DNA of 64,000 nt from Nitrospirales bacterium (GCA_963555755.3 OY820905.2:1120001-1184000); one strand, 5' to 3'; shown: positions 11,280-23,159, counted from the first letter of the stretch. Notes: generated from the sequence alone by a model not told the origin. A program made the numbers and translations.

Positions 11280-12029
11280 ATGATTTGGAAGCTCTCGGCT
11301 GACCAGTTTCGCGAACGCCTATTTGACGTCATCAACCGCAAACAACACTGGTCGACTCCATACTTTAATGGAAGCACCACGACCAAGGCGCAACTCAATA
11401 TTCATTTTCGTCAAGAGTATGCCGTCTACATCCGAGACTTTTCCGTTCTTCTCGGTCGGCTGCTTGGCAAAAACCCTCCATGGCAAATGCGGCGTCAACT
11501 GGCCACGACGATCTACGAAAAAGAAACTGGCGGACTCTCTCTCGGAAAACCCCATCAAGAACTCTTTTTACACATGATGTTGGGGCTTGGCTATCCACGC
11601 GCGGAATTTCGTGACGTGGAACTGCTTTCGCGAAGTTTTGCATACCGGGAATGGCTCGATAACATATGTCAAAAAGAGGAGTGGATCATGAGCGCAGCAG
11701 TTTTGACGCTTCTCGTAGAAGGGTCAGCCAAAGATCGGGAAGAGGTCTTCAACCAAAACCCAAAAAAATCCAAAGGCGACATTGAAGACATCGTCTTAAA
11801 ACACCCACTCGTGGTTTACCATGGCCTCGACCCCAACCACATGGATCTTGTGCGTGTCCGGGAAATGACCGAACCGGGCAATCGACGAATCGTTTACGAT
11901 CTCATTGTTAAAGAAGCTATCGCAAGCGGACAGTCGACTCTAGTCTTAGAGCGCTTAGAAGAAGGCTTGAAGTTATGGCTCCAATACCGCGACGGCATTG
12001 CTCGCGCGTGCGGCCTGCGGCAAGTGTAA
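11280..12029 (+). CDS. TenA/PqqC/CADD-like heme-oxygenase-fold protein
   Basis: HFRQEY, YEKETGG...PHQELF, LLVEG pattern. Confidence 0.7.
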   Translation: MIWKLSADQFRERLFDVINRKQHWSTPYFNGSTTTKAQLNIHFRQEYAVYIRDFSVLLGRLLGKNPPWQMRRQLATTIYEKETGGLSLGKPHQELFLHMMLGLGYPRAEFRDVELLSRSFAYREWLDNICQKEEWIMSAAVLTLLVEGSAKDREEVFNQNPKKSKGDIEDIVLKHPLVVYHGLDPNHMDLVRVREMTEPGNRRIVYDLIVKEAIASGQSTLVLERLEEGLKLWLQYRDGIARACGLRQV

Positions 12030-12090
12030 ATCATCCCGCAACACCCCGCCGCCACCTACCTATTGATTCGGGTCAGCATTGTTATAGCTC

Positions 12091-12450
12091 TCACCTAACC
12101 AACACGTAATGCAGTGCCGTATCCGCTAATATCGCTGCCCAGGCCACAGCGTTTACCAAAAAGAGTTTCCGCTGATGTTGCCCCCACGCACGGTACATGG
12201 CCCACACAATACACACCTGGGTGAGAATGGAGAACGGTCGATGAACATGTGCGGACATCCCCCCACTTTCGCTCGCAATCGCCGAGACTGCGGCTAACAG
12301 ATAGAAAATCAACGCTCCAGATTGAATCCACACGGCCTGTCGTCCATGTGCCTGACGGACCACATACACCATGGCCCACGTTAAACACACCACCACGACA
12401 AGAAGTAATAAAGGAAATAAAGGCCAAAGTGTTTTTGCGCTCAGTGCCAA
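12091..12450 (-). CDS. small multi-pass membrane protein
   Basis: Four hydrophobic segments in 119 aa. Confidence 0.7.
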   Translation of the reverse strand: MALSAKTLWPLFPLLLLVVVVCLTWAMVYVVRQAHGRQAVWIQSGALIFYLLAAVSAIASESGGMSAHVHRPFSILTQVCIVWAMYRAWGQHQRKLFLVNAVAWAAILADTALHYVLVR

Positions 12451-12624
12451 GGCGAATTCTGCAGTAATATTGTTAAGGAGGTATACTCCGCAACTTTGTG
12501 CACTCTTCTCAGTGAAAAGTCAATTGATCGCGAGCCCTCAAAGACGTTTCATCGCGCCGGCAATTTTGGTAACCTACTCAACAACGAGCTATGCTTACAC
12601 TCCAACCTACATTCCGCCTGCTTA

Positions 12625-12803
12625 AGACCTGAGAGAAAATAACTTGGATACTATCGCGTCAAGATTTGAGTCGAATTTGGACGGAACGATTGAGGAAAAC
12701 CCGAGGCATAGCACAGCTATGTCGAGGGTTTTTCGATTGAGGCCCGTTCAAAGATGGCCCGAAGATTGGATGCGAGATGTGCAAGTTATTTTCTCTCAGG
12801 TCC
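12625..12803. mobile_element. MITE family A, copy 2
   Basis: Aligns end to end with 42-220; TTA TSD. Confidence 0.88.
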
Positions 12804-13506
12804 TTAGCCTTTGCGCCCTCGTGTACTTGATGAGTAGTTGCTCCTGGACTCCGCGCGTGGAAACCTCGATTTATGAAGGGCCACAAGTTTCGGTCTCGCT
12901 CATCACCGTCTCAGATGAATCCTTTGAGGCGGATCATCCAGTCACGTTACAAACAGATACCTTGGCCCACGTCCTTCGGGGCCTCCAAATTCGACGAAGT
13001 AAGCGTTTACTCCAAAAGATTTTTTCCGGTGAGGCAACCCCCCAACGGGTTTTGACCGAAGAACAGATTGCCATATTGGCCCCTCAATTGCAGAAAGCTT
13101 TTTCGCAAGTGACCCCGGAAGAACACGTCATCTTCCAAACCACGGGCACTCATGAGACAGGGATTCGCGCAATCAAAGGGATCATGTACGTCCATGGCGA
13201 TAATCTTTATGTCACATTGAATTTGGAGACCCACAGTTCACACACCTCCACAAAATCTGGTGGAAAGGGATTACGTGCGGATCAAGAGGGTGGCAGATTG
13301 CCCGTTGTGATCTTTTCTCCTAAGGAGGCCCTTCGTGCGATGAAGCAACCTCATGGACTCCTTGGTGGTGAAAAAACCAATCATATCGTCATTAATGTTC
13401 CACTCCTTGCATCATTCCACAGACAGAACCCCACAAACGCACTTCAAACCGAACAGGAAAGATCCAAAACCCTTCCCACCTCTTCTCCCAATTTTGAAAG
13501 CACCAT

Positions 13507-13627
13507 TAATAAGGAAACGGACAAAGGGGCAGATACAAGTTCGATGCCCCATTCCCCAACATCAGCTAATAAGGAAACGGACAAAGGGGCAGATACAAGT
13601 TCGACGGCCCATTCCCCAACATCAGCT
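13507..13627 (+). repeat. 60-bp tandem duplication (2 units), in frame
   Basis: NKETDKGADTSSxxHSPTSA occurs twice. Confidence 0.9.
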
Positions 13628-13877
13628 CGGATGCCGAAAAACCCAGTCACACAAACATTGATGGAAGAAATCAAGGCACTTCGAAAAGAGCTCGCAGAAC
13701 AAAAAAAGGCGATTGAGCAGTTAAAACAAGAAGAAGGGAGACCCCGTTAAGACGCCTCAAGCTATTGAGGCCTGCCCCGAGTTAAATCGAATGTCCCCCT
13801 TTGGAAAAGGGGGCAAGGGGGATTTTCAAATCAATTGTTCCGCTCAATACTCTGCTGCTTGTGGTGGGGATTCTTTA

Positions 13878-14018
13878 GGGCACCTCTAAAAACCGTCCTT
13901 TTCCGTGTTGGCCGCGTCAGCCGCGTGCTCAAATCCTCATGTATTCGCCCATACACTCCGGTTTTCCGCGCGCGGCTTCCTTGCCCTCACAAAAAATGCC
14001 CGGTTTTTAGAGGTGCCC
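13878..14018. mobile_element. MITE-like repeat family C, copy 1
   Basis: TIRs GGGCACCTCTAAAAACCG; flanked by TTTA on both sides; second copy at 51403. Confidence 0.85.
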
Positions 14019-14063
14019 TTTATTATCAAATTGAACTTTTATTAACGAATTCGTATTAGCTAA

Positions 14064-14243
14064 GGACCTGAGAGAAAATAACTTGAACAATTTCGCGCCA
14101 AGATTTGGGTTGGATTTGGACGGAACGATTGAGAAAAACCCGAGGCATAGCACAGCTATGGTGAGGGTTTTTCGATTGAGGCCCGTTCAAAGATGGCCCG
14201 AAGATTGGATGCGAAATTGTTCAATTTATTTTCTCTCAGGTCC
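14064..14243. mobile_element. MITE family A, copy 3
   Basis: TAA TSD; supplies the stop codon of mutT. Confidence 0.88.
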
Positions 14244-14643
14244 TAACCCCAGCCCGGTCCCGAAGTCGAGCCACCACAGGATCATCAGCGGGCGGGAATG
14301 CAAAGTTCACCAATTCCACAGGAGTCACCCATCGAAAATCGGCGCATCCGAGCGGCTGAACTTCTCCCTGCGAAATCGAGCAGGAGAAAAAATGTAACTC
14401 TACTTCCTTTTCTGGATATTCGTGCTGAATGACCATGAAGGGAGTTGGCTGCGTCACCTCAACCCCTAACTCTTCATGCACCTCTCGAAGTACGCAAGCC
14501 TCCAAACTCTCTCCGGGTTCTCGTTTTCCACCGGGGAACTCCCAAAACCCCGCTAAATGGGTCAGTGGTCTTCGTTGGGTAATGAGGTATCGACCATCAC
14601 ATTCAATCACTGCAGCGGCAACTTGAATAAAATTTTTGGACAT
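14236..14643 (-). CDS. mutT: 8-oxo-dGTP diphosphatase (Nudix)
   Basis: WEFPGGK and Nudix box REVHEELG. Confidence 0.9.
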   Translation of the reverse strand: MSKNFIQVAAAVIECDGRYLITQRRPLTHLAGFWEFPGGKREPGESLEACVLREVHEELGVEVTQPTPFMVIQHEYPEKEVELHFFSCSISQGEVQPLGCADFRWVTPVELVNFAFPPADDPVVARLRDRAGVRT

Positions 14644-14655
14644 AGGAATAGCCGG

Positions 14656-15369
14656 TTATTTCGTTTCTGCAGGATAGGCTTGGCAAAAATCCCGCATCGG
14701 GCACAACATACATTTTGGATTTCGCGCCGTACACATCACCGCGCCAAAATCCATCAGGGCCTGATTGAAATCATACCCTTTCCCTTTGGGGATCAACTCT
14801 TCCGACATCACCCACAGTCGAGGCTTTCTCGTTTTCGGATCGCCATTCCCCAAAAACACGCGATGCAACACGCGCATGACATTGGTATCTAGAATAGGCG
14901 CATCTTCATTAAAGGCAAAGGAACGCACAGCACCCGCGGTATAACGGCCAATGCCCTTCATCGCCTGAAGCTTCTCGGGATCCTTTGGAATGGTGGCGCC
15001 ATACTGCTCAACGGCCTCGCAGGCGATACTATGCAATCGATAGGGACGAACATTATAGCCAAGGGGATACCAAGTCTTGCGCACATCATCCGGTTTGGCC
15101 GCAGCAAGATCTTTCAGCGTGGGGTACCTTCCTAAAAATTCGTGGTACTTTGGAATCACCCGATCAACCTGCGTTTGTTGCAGCATCACTTCTGACACCA
15201 AAATCTTGTAGGGATCGGACGTTCGCCGCCAGGGTAAGTCCCGCCCAAATTCGTCGTACCACTTCAAAAGTCGATTCTGGAAACGCCGCTTGGGACCACG
15301 GTCAATACTTGGTGCCGACGCTGAGGTTTTCACTGCAGATTTTTTCGGGGACTTCTTCACAGGTGCCAT
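14656..15369 (-). CDS. mutY: A/G-specific adenine glycosylase, short form
   Basis: RDLPWR, SEVMLQQTQV, HhH motif GIGRYTA, 4Fe-4S motif C-x6-C-x2-C-x5-C. Confidence 0.88.
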   Translation of the reverse strand: MAPVKKSPKKSAVKTSASAPSIDRGPKRRFQNRLLKWYDEFGRDLPWRRTSDPYKILVSEVMLQQTQVDRVIPKYHEFLGRYPTLKDLAAAKPDDVRKTWYPLGYNVRPYRLHSIACEAVEQYGATIPKDPEKLQAMKGIGRYTAGAVRSFAFNEDAPILDTNVMRVLHRVFLGNGDPKTRKPRLWVMSEELIPKGKGYDFNQALMDFGAVMCTARNPKCMLCPMRDFCQAYPAETK

Positions 15370-15446
15370 ACGTGGCAGGATTCTAGGGATTGAGGCCAAG
15401 CGAATGCAAGACAAGCAAAAACCCGGGCACCTGTATTCTCCGGTTT

Positions 15447-16355
15447 TTATGACTTGATGGGAGAGGGGTGAACGGAAGTCAATCCAATGTCGTCCGGCTT
15501 TTTAGTAATTATTTGCGCGGCATCAACTACAGTGGGGGGAGTAAGATTCAATTCGGCAAACTGACTCAGTTGCGCATTCACCAGAATATCCAATGCCGAG
15601 AGTAGCTGGCGGGTCTTGGCTTGCGACGAGCCCATGACGGGGCGGCCTTGAATTTTTGTCGGATGCATGTGGTTGGTGACCCCATACTTATTGGTCGCCA
15701 ACGGAATAGAAGTTCCGGAAAACGGAAGAGGCACGGTGATCTTAATAAGCCCGTCTTTCGATATCGGTTTCCAATTTATGTTTTGCAAACTTTTGCCTAA
15801 CGCATGCCCAATTTCATGAAGTGCCACCGAAAACAAATCAATATATGCCCCCTTTGCGAACTCGCCAACCGGTTGAGAATAGACTCTGCTCACCACGATC
15901 TTACCGCCCCCTAAGTCCTGGGTCATTTCTTTGTATGACTGAAATTCTTCATGGAGATGGGGAGTGGCATCCAACCACCACTGAAAATTTCCCGGATTCG
16001 TATTGTTGTTGAACAGGATCGTGCCTACGGTTTCTCGATTGGGCGAACCTCCCTGTTGGTTCAAGGTGTGCAAGCCTCCCCCAACAGGCGCCCATCCGAA
16101 ATTCAGAACCAAGGTGTGATCATCTTGAATGGCATGCTCCCAATAATCGGCAGCAGCGTTAAAAATGGCCTGTAAATTCCCGTTCCCAATCGCCGTCGGC
16201 TGCGGTGTCCCGCCCTGATAATGGCGAATAATGTCGAGTGCCTTGGCTTCTCTGACATTCACAGAGCTAGCAAAAACTACCATCATGAGTCCAAAAAAGA
16301 ACGCTCTCCCCCATCTTCCGGAGGCAATGTATCGAAGTTGATCATTCAGGATCAT
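15447..16355 (-). CDS. secreted zinc metalloprotease-like protein
   Basis: Signal peptide, HEIGHALG motif, GGAGGA ribosome-binding site. Confidence 0.75.
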   Translation of the reverse strand: MILNDQLRYIASGRWGRAFFFGLMMVVFASSVNVREAKALDIIRHYQGGTPQPTAIGNGNLQAIFNAAADYWEHAIQDDHTLVLNFGWAPVGGGLHTLNQQGGSPNRETVGTILFNNNTNPGNFQWWLDATPHLHEEFQSYKEMTQDLGGGKIVVSRVYSQPVGEFAKGAYIDLFSVALHEIGHALGKSLQNINWKPISKDGLIKITVPLPFSGTSIPLATNKYGVTNHMHPTKIQGRPVMGSSQAKTRQLLSALDILVNAQLSQFAELNLTPPTVVDAAQIITKKPDDIGLTSVHPSPIKS

Positions 16356-16451
16356 CAGCTTCCTCCAGGTTTGAGAGTGTAAGTTCCTAATCGTTATGGC
16401 ATATTGACTCCTTGGATCCGCTAACAAGCAGCATCCGTTGCAGGAGATATC

Positions 16452-16467
16452 GCAAGCCGCATGCCAA
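16452..16467 (-). promoter_or_regulatory. sigma54 (-24/-12) promoter
   Basis: TTGGCATGCGGCTTGC about 100 bp upstream of the protease gene. Confidence 0.6.
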
Positions 16468-16898
16468 CCCAGCCTCAAAGCTATAATTCATTCTTGCCTT
16501 CCTATAACTATTTGAATAAGATAGCGATTTCTGCCACCATGCATTTTGCCAAGACAGCCCATCGCTACCAGGATCGCCCTAAGGCCCAACATCAATAGTA
16601 AAAAAACCCGACACGCAGATGCTGTTACGCCGGCACAAAGATAACAAAACTATGAACTTTCAATACGTTGGGAATCGCAAACAGATTGGAAAAAATTCCG
16701 ACAGTAGTGGGGGCAAAATACGTGGAGAACTTTCAGCAGCAGGAACAACTCATTGATCATACATTTGACACCATTGACATTGGAATCGAATAATCAGTGC
16801 GGTTCAGCTTTACAAGTGTTTTCCCAAAAGGATATTTTCTTTAGGGAAGCAGAGGGCAGCGATAAAACTAATATTCACTTAACCAGGAGTAGTACAGT

Positions 16899-17102
16899 AT
16901 GAGTACCGGTACCGTAAAATGGTTCAGTTCAAGCAAAGGTTATGGGTTCATCACTCCAGACGATGGAGGGAAGGATCTGTTCGTACACCACTCTGAAGTC
17001 AAAACCTCTGGCTATGCCACGCTCGATGACGGCCAGAAAGTAGAATACGAAGTCGGAGAGGGCCAGAAGGGCCCATGTGCAAAAAACGTTGTGCCAAGTT
17101 AA
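16899..17102 (+). CDS. cspA: cold-shock protein
   Basis: GTVKWF, KGYGFI, DLFVHHS; 67 aa. Confidence 0.95.
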   Translation: MSTGTVKWFSSSKGYGFITPDDGGKDLFVHHSEVKTSGYATLDDGQKVEYEVGEGQKGPCAKNVVPS

Positions 17103-17465
17103 TTGGATGGCCCACAACGTCATAATACAAGAAGGCAAACGGCCAAAAAGGAAAGTGTGGCAAGCATTGTATTGAATATTGACTTTGTGAAACTACACCC
17201 ATAAATCCTCACTCATGGCCTCTGCATTAGGTATTTCCTGGCCCGTCTATGTTCGGGAGGAGGACAGGGATTAACAAGTAGGCAAAGAAAGATTTAACCT
17301 TTCTCCCAAAGACTCACGATAGGAAGCTCTTTCCACTCGGTGAACGGGTCGGGGCAGATCAATTGTCCAACCAACTTGAGGTCAGCCCCGGCCATCAGCC
17401 GACAAGCATTCGCTTTTTCTTCTCCGCCATTGACCCTGAAGACAAACCCCTTCGGTCGAAAGACG

Positions 17466-17562
17466 CGCGCCAAGATTTGGGACCGATTTGGAGGGAACAA
17501 TTGAGAAACACCCGAGGCATAGCACAGCTATGGTGAGGGTGTTTCGATTGAGGCCCGTTCAA
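17466..17562. repeat. truncated MITE family A copy
   Basis: Internal part of family A without TIRs, cut off by family D. Confidence 0.75.
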
Positions 17563-17727
17563 CCTAGAAACAGCAGTTGGGCGCAAAAAAGCCGTGTAAG
17601 ATATTGGGGTGCATGGTGAAATACAAAAAGTCGTGGTCACCTCGGTGGTGATAAGACATTTTTGTATTTTGCCAGATGCGCCAAGAGCTTGCGCGGACTT
17701 TTGTGATCCAACTGCCGTTTCTAGGTT
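17561..17727. mobile_element. MITE-like repeat family D
   Basis: TIRs AACCTAGAAAC(A/G)GCAGTTGG; half copy at 28647-28725. Confidence 0.78.
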
Positions 17728-17824
17728 TAAGCTGGGCCTGTTGAATACCTCACCCCAATATCCAAATAAAAACTCCAGATGAGCCAAGCATCGTCAATTG
17801 AAGGGAATGTTCAAAAAGCATGCC

Positions 17825-19042
<1,218 letters not shown>

Positions 19043-19441
19043 GTCTTTCCGAAGGGTCTATCCAGTCCTGTCCTGAGCAGAGTCGAAGGAAAGGCCGCAG
19101 CCGTTTTGACGCGCGGAGCGTACTCATAGTACGTGAGCACGGCAAAAGGGCGACCTGCCTACGCGAAACCGCTTCGGCAGGCAGGGAACGCCGCTGGCTT
19201 GTCAGCCGTAGCTTTAGCGAAGGCTGGCGGCTTTTTTCAACATTCCCAAGCTGTCTAATTCGTTGACTCTGTGTGGAGGTCAGATCCTGAAGAGTGCCGG
19301 CGGCAATTTCCTCGTAGTGAGGCCTAGACCATTTCAAGGCTCGCTGGATTTCGAACCAGAATCGATTCTGAATGGAAAGAAGTCGTAGGAAAGGAGAAAT
19401 AATAAGGACGCTTCATGCCTGAAGAAAGGCTCATGAGCTAT

Positions 19442-19528
19442 TGGTGCGGGAGACGGGAATTGAACCCGTATGCCCTCGCGGGCGCAGGATTTTAAGTCCT
19501 GTGCGTATACCAATTCCGCCACTCCCGC
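19442..19528 (-). tRNA. tRNA-Leu (anticodon TAA)
   Basis: GCGGGAG/CTCCCGC acceptor stem, anticodon loop CTTAAAA, long variable arm, GGTTCAA T-loop, encoded CCA. Confidence 0.96.
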
Positions 19529-19617
19529 ACAGCGGACGTCACTTTACCATCGTAGCCATGGACAGGCAAGAAGAGAGGATTCGAGATAATCGGGGAAAAG
19601 GGCAATCAACTGTTGAC

Positions 19618-19653
19618 AAAAAAAGAGGCAGCGTGTGGCCACGCTGCCTCTTT
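19618..19653 (-). terminator. intrinsic terminator
   Basis: AAAGAGGCAGCGTG / CACGCTGCCTCTTT hairpin with T-tract after the Pal-like gene. Confidence 0.8.
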
Positions 19654-19678
19654 GTATGCGGAGTAATGCTGCCAGGTA

Positions 19679-20617
19679 TTAGTGATGAAGCTGCAAATGC
19701 CCCCGGCGATTCAACTGATAGCATTGGTCATTATTGCCAAAACAAAATGGGCGTTCTTTGCCGTAGGAAATCACTTGAATCTTGTGATTCTCAACACCTA
19801 GGTCTACGAGGTAGGCTCGCACGGCTCCGGCTCGCTTCTTCCCAAGGACGAGATTGTAATCCCGGCTTCCTCGTTGGTCACAATGGCCCTCTACGGTTAT
19901 GCCGCGACTTTGGTTTTGATCCAACCATTCTGCGTCGTGGGCCAAGGCTTGCCTTCCATTTTGCGAAATTCGCCAGCTATTGAATTCAAAAAACACATCT
20001 TGCAATTCCACTTGCACCCGTGAAAATTGACCACTCTGAGCCCCCCGGTCCATCCCACGAGAAGCAAACGGTTGGGCTTCGGCAATATTGTCATAGTCCT
20101 CTTGAATAAATTCTTCCGCCATAAAGCCACCTTGACCATTGCGATACCCCTGGCCTGATGCCCAGTTGCCTCCATTCCCACCACCATATTCTTGAAGACC
20201 GGCAAGGGGACCGGAATTGGCCCAGGACTCCGAATTGTTTTGATTGTCCCCGAAGTAGGTAAGCCCACTTTGTGCCGAATTTTGTGTGCCGTACTCCCCT
20301 GCTTGTGCAGTGGCTTCACCTTGCTGAGACCAACCAGGTTGCCCTGTGCCTCGCCAAGATCCAAATGGATGGTCTGCACCGCCTTGGTTGTCTGCACCGC
20401 CTTGGTTGTCTGCACCGCCTTGGTTATCTGCACCGCCTTGGTTGTCTGCACCGCCTTGGTTATCTGCACCGCCTTGGTTGTCCGCGTATTGGGCACCCTG
20501 TTCAAATGTCTCTGAATCAGCTGTGACTCGAACCGATTTTTGGCTACAACCTTGCCCGATCAGCAAGGCCAGTGCAGCAAGACCAACAATTTTCAAAATT
20601 TCTCGACCCGTTGCCAT
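19679..20617 (-). CDS. OmpA/Pal-family peptidoglycan-associated lipoprotein with long low-complexity linker
   Basis: Lipobox GQGC; VEGHCDQRGSRDYNLVLGKKRA, SYGKERP. Confidence 0.9.
   Translation of the reverse strand: MATGREILKIVGLAALALLIGQGCSQKSVRVTADSETFEQGAQYADNQGGADNQGGADNQGGADNQGGADNQGGADNQGGADHPFGSWRGTGQPGWSQQGEATAQAGEYGTQNSAQSGLTYFGDNQNNSESWANSGPLAGLQEYGGGNGGNWASGQGYRNGQGGFMAEEFIQEDYDNIAEAQPFASRGMDRGAQSGQFSRVQVELQDVFFEFNSWRISQNGRQALAHDAEWLDQNQSRGITVEGHCDQRGSRDYNLVLGKKRAGAVRAYLVDLGVENHKIQVISYGKERPFCFGNNDQCYQLNRRGHLQLHH
20373..20480 (-). repeat. 18-bp tandem repeat x6 encoding ADNQGG
   Basis: TCTGCACCGCCTTGGTT(G/A) six times. Confidence 0.95.
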
Positions 20618-21074
20618 AATACTTCCTCCTTGTTCTTGACACGAGGCCCTCTCACTGGCCCCTTGTATGGGATGTCGATTCCTTTTTTCTCTGTACTTTT
20701 CTAGTTCCTTCCTGCCCACCAAAATTATTCTAGGGTGTTCTTCTTACTTATTGACTAATCCACGAACATCTGAATTTAGACTAAACAATTGTGAAATGTA
20801 TCGGTACAAATCAAAAAAAACTTGAGTTAACATAAGGAGTTATGAATTGAAAGTGAGGATTGACAATTCGCCTAGTAAGTAGAAAAAACTAGCGGAATGT
20901 TGCCAAAACCACACCAAAGACGAGTACTCGGACCCTGGTGCCAATCTGTCAGGGCAATAAATCCGGTAAAAACCCGTTTCTGGATAAAGACTTCTTAAAG
21001 AGGATAGGGGAAGAGAACTTTGTGGAAAACGGGCCTCACTAAGGTTTCCTGGAGAACCCTGGGAAACCTTGGAA

Positions 21075-21265
21075 GGGAATGTTGAAAAAAGCCGCCAGCG
21101 GCGTTCTCGCCATTTTGCCGTGCTCACGTACTGTGAGTACGCTCCGCTCGTCAAAATGGCTGCGGCCATGCTGGACGAATTTTTTTTGAACATTCCCTCC
21201 CACTGACGATGCGTGGCTCATTGGGAGCTTTTATTGGCTGTTGGAGTGCAATATTCAACAGGCCC
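21075..21265. mobile_element. MITE family E, empty copy (reverse orientation)
   Basis: 5-bp TSD TGGAA; aligns with 39804-39993. Confidence 0.85.
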
Positions 21266-21315
21266 TGGAAGGCGGGCAAATAGATGTGCAATTGGACCAA
21301 TGAAAAAAATGGGGG

Positions 21316-22326
21316 CTATGATTTGGAAAGCACTGCCTGACGATACCACTCCCAGAATTGGCTGACCCCTTCTCCTACAGATAATTTTGGCTCGTATCCT
21401 AATAAATCCACTGCTTTGGTAATATCGGCATAGGTATACGCCACGTCAGCGTCAACCATGGGTGTGGGCACGAGGTTGGCCTTTTTCCCAGCTAACTGTT
21501 CGATAATTTTGACAAAGTCGGCCAACAACACCGGCTCGCCACGACCGAGATTGATAATCTCGTATCCCAAGGGCCGATCGACAGCTCCGACAATCCCTTG
21601 GACAATATCGGTCACAAACGTCCAGTCACGATGCATTTGCCCAGAGTTATACAGGGGTACCTCGCGTCCAGTAAAAATATTGTCCAACACCTTATAAGCC
21701 ATCATGTCCGGACGGCCACGCGGGCCATACACAGTAAAAAATCGTAGCGCGGTAAACGCAAGCCCATACAGGTGGTGGTAGGAATAGCCCAGGAGTTCCC
21801 CGCTACGCTTACTCGCCGCATATGGAGCCAGAGGACGGTCAGACGCATCATGCTCCAAAAACGGAATCTGCTTGGTATTGCCATACGCCGAAGACGTAGA
21901 AGCAAACACAAAGGTCGGCATGGACTTTGGCTTCTCTTTCCCACTCATCCGCCCCACAGCCGCCTCTAAAAGATTTAACGTTCCGGTAACGTTGACGTCA
22001 TAGTAAACATGAGGATTGTCAATGGAAGCCCGAACACCTGCCATAGCCGCAAGATGGACAATGGCGTCAAATGTATGAGAGGCAAATATTTCAGCGACCA
22101 GTTTCTGGTCACGAATATCCCCCTCCACAAAGGTAAAGGCCTCGGCCTGACCGGTTTTCGTGAGGGCAAGCCGAACCTCTTCTAAATTGGCACGCTTTCT
22201 TGCTGGGTCGTAATAGTCATTTAAATTATCCAGGCCAACGACCCGATCGCCTCGAGACACAAGGGTTTGAGCCGTATGACTACCAATAAATCCTGCCGCT
22301 CCCGTCACGAACACTGTTTTACTCAA
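21316..22326 (-). CDS. NAD-dependent epimerase (UDP-glucuronate 4-epimerase-like)
   Basis: GAAGFIG, HLAAMAGVR, YAASK, FFTVYGPRGRPDM. Confidence 0.92.
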   Translation of the reverse strand: MSKTVFVTGAAGFIGSHTAQTLVSRGDRVVGLDNLNDYYDPARKRANLEEVRLALTKTGQAEAFTFVEGDIRDQKLVAEIFASHTFDAIVHLAAMAGVRASIDNPHVYYDVNVTGTLNLLEAAVGRMSGKEKPKSMPTFVFASTSSAYGNTKQIPFLEHDASDRPLAPYAASKRSGELLGYSYHHLYGLAFTALRFFTVYGPRGRPDMMAYKVLDNIFTGREVPLYNSGQMHRDWTFVTDIVQGIVGAVDRPLGYEIINLGRGEPVLLADFVKIIEQLAGKKANLVPTPMVDADVAYTYADITKAVDLLGYEPKLSVGEGVSQFWEWYRQAVLSKS

Positions 22327-22527
22327 GACCCATTTCTCCTTTTATTCAAGCATGCCAACATGAGACTGTGCCTCCGATCGTTGCCAAAAAGCGGTTGCAA
22401 ATTCCCCCTCAATTGCATCCCATCGGTTTATAAAAGTTGCGCCTTAAGCAACAGATCAAAGTCTTTTGGTGTTGATATTGAGCCAGCCGGCTGCCATTGG
22501 TAGAATACGGAATTACGTAATCCCATT

Positions 22528-22824
22528 ATGGCAACACTTCCAAGCACAGAAGTTAAGGACATCACGGAAGAACAGACCGGCCTTGGAACTGACAGGGATT
22601 TTGAGGCTGCAGTCATAGTCTATAATTGCGACTGCCACACGTACCAGCAAGTCATCGATCTATTCTGCAGATTTATCCCTGGCATGAGTTCCTCAAAAGC
22701 CTTTGAACTTGCTTGGCGAATTGATCACCAAGGCAATGCCCAGGTCTACCAAGGCTCTCGAAAGATGGCCGATACGATTGCGGTAAAATTGGCTGCAGGC
22801 GGCTTACGCGTGGAAGTTCGCTAA
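22528..22824 (+). CDS. ClpS-like adaptor protein
   Basis: VIVYNCDCHTYQQV...AWRIDHQGNAQV pattern. Confidence 0.75.
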   Translation: MATLPSTEVKDITEEQTGLGTDRDFEAAVIVYNCDCHTYQQVIDLFCRFIPGMSSSKAFELAWRIDHQGNAQVYQGSRKMADTIAVKLAAGGLRVEVR

Positions 22825-23159
22825 ACCCCTCTTCCAAAATAGAATCCTCCTCACGATTCCATTTCCTCTTCCCTTGAAGGTGGCTTCCGGTTCAAAATTA
22901 TCGACGTTTCGCCTTAACGTAGGTCTTTGGCTTGGGCTTGGGTTTGGGTTTAGCCTTTACCTTAGCACGAGAGGTTGATGCGGATTTAGTTTGAACTTTG
23001 GATTGAGTCTTCGCTTTGGCCTTTGGTTTAGCTTTGATCTTCAGTTTAGCTTTGGCCTTCGGTTTAACTTTGACCTTCGGTGTAACTTTGGCCTTCGGTT
23101 TAACTTTGACCTTCGGTGTAACTTTGGCCTTCGGTTTAACTTTGGCCTTCGGTTTAGCT

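Larger units (their letters stand above)
12591..13750 (+). pseudogene. lipoprotein gene interrupted in its signal peptide by MITE A
   Basis: Removing the MITE and one TTA restores MLTLQPTFRLLSLCALVYLMSS-C (lipobox); with the MITE the frame stops at TGA 12630-12632. Confidence 0.75.

Noticed and set aside
13793..13827. CCCCCTTT..AAAGGGGG hairpin (also ~49002-49033)
   Set aside because: Probably a generic REP-like or terminator hairpin; two short copies are not enough to define it
17812..17820. AAG or GC as the IS110 core
   Set aside because: Only the CT core explains the 17-bp promoter spacing, all four guides and the restored target module
19248..19441. tRNA-Leu as an island integration site
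   Set aside because: No integrase and no duplicated tRNA 3' end found in the window
20373..20480. Possible CRISPR array
   Set aside because: Contiguous coding repeats with no spacers and no cas genes in the window
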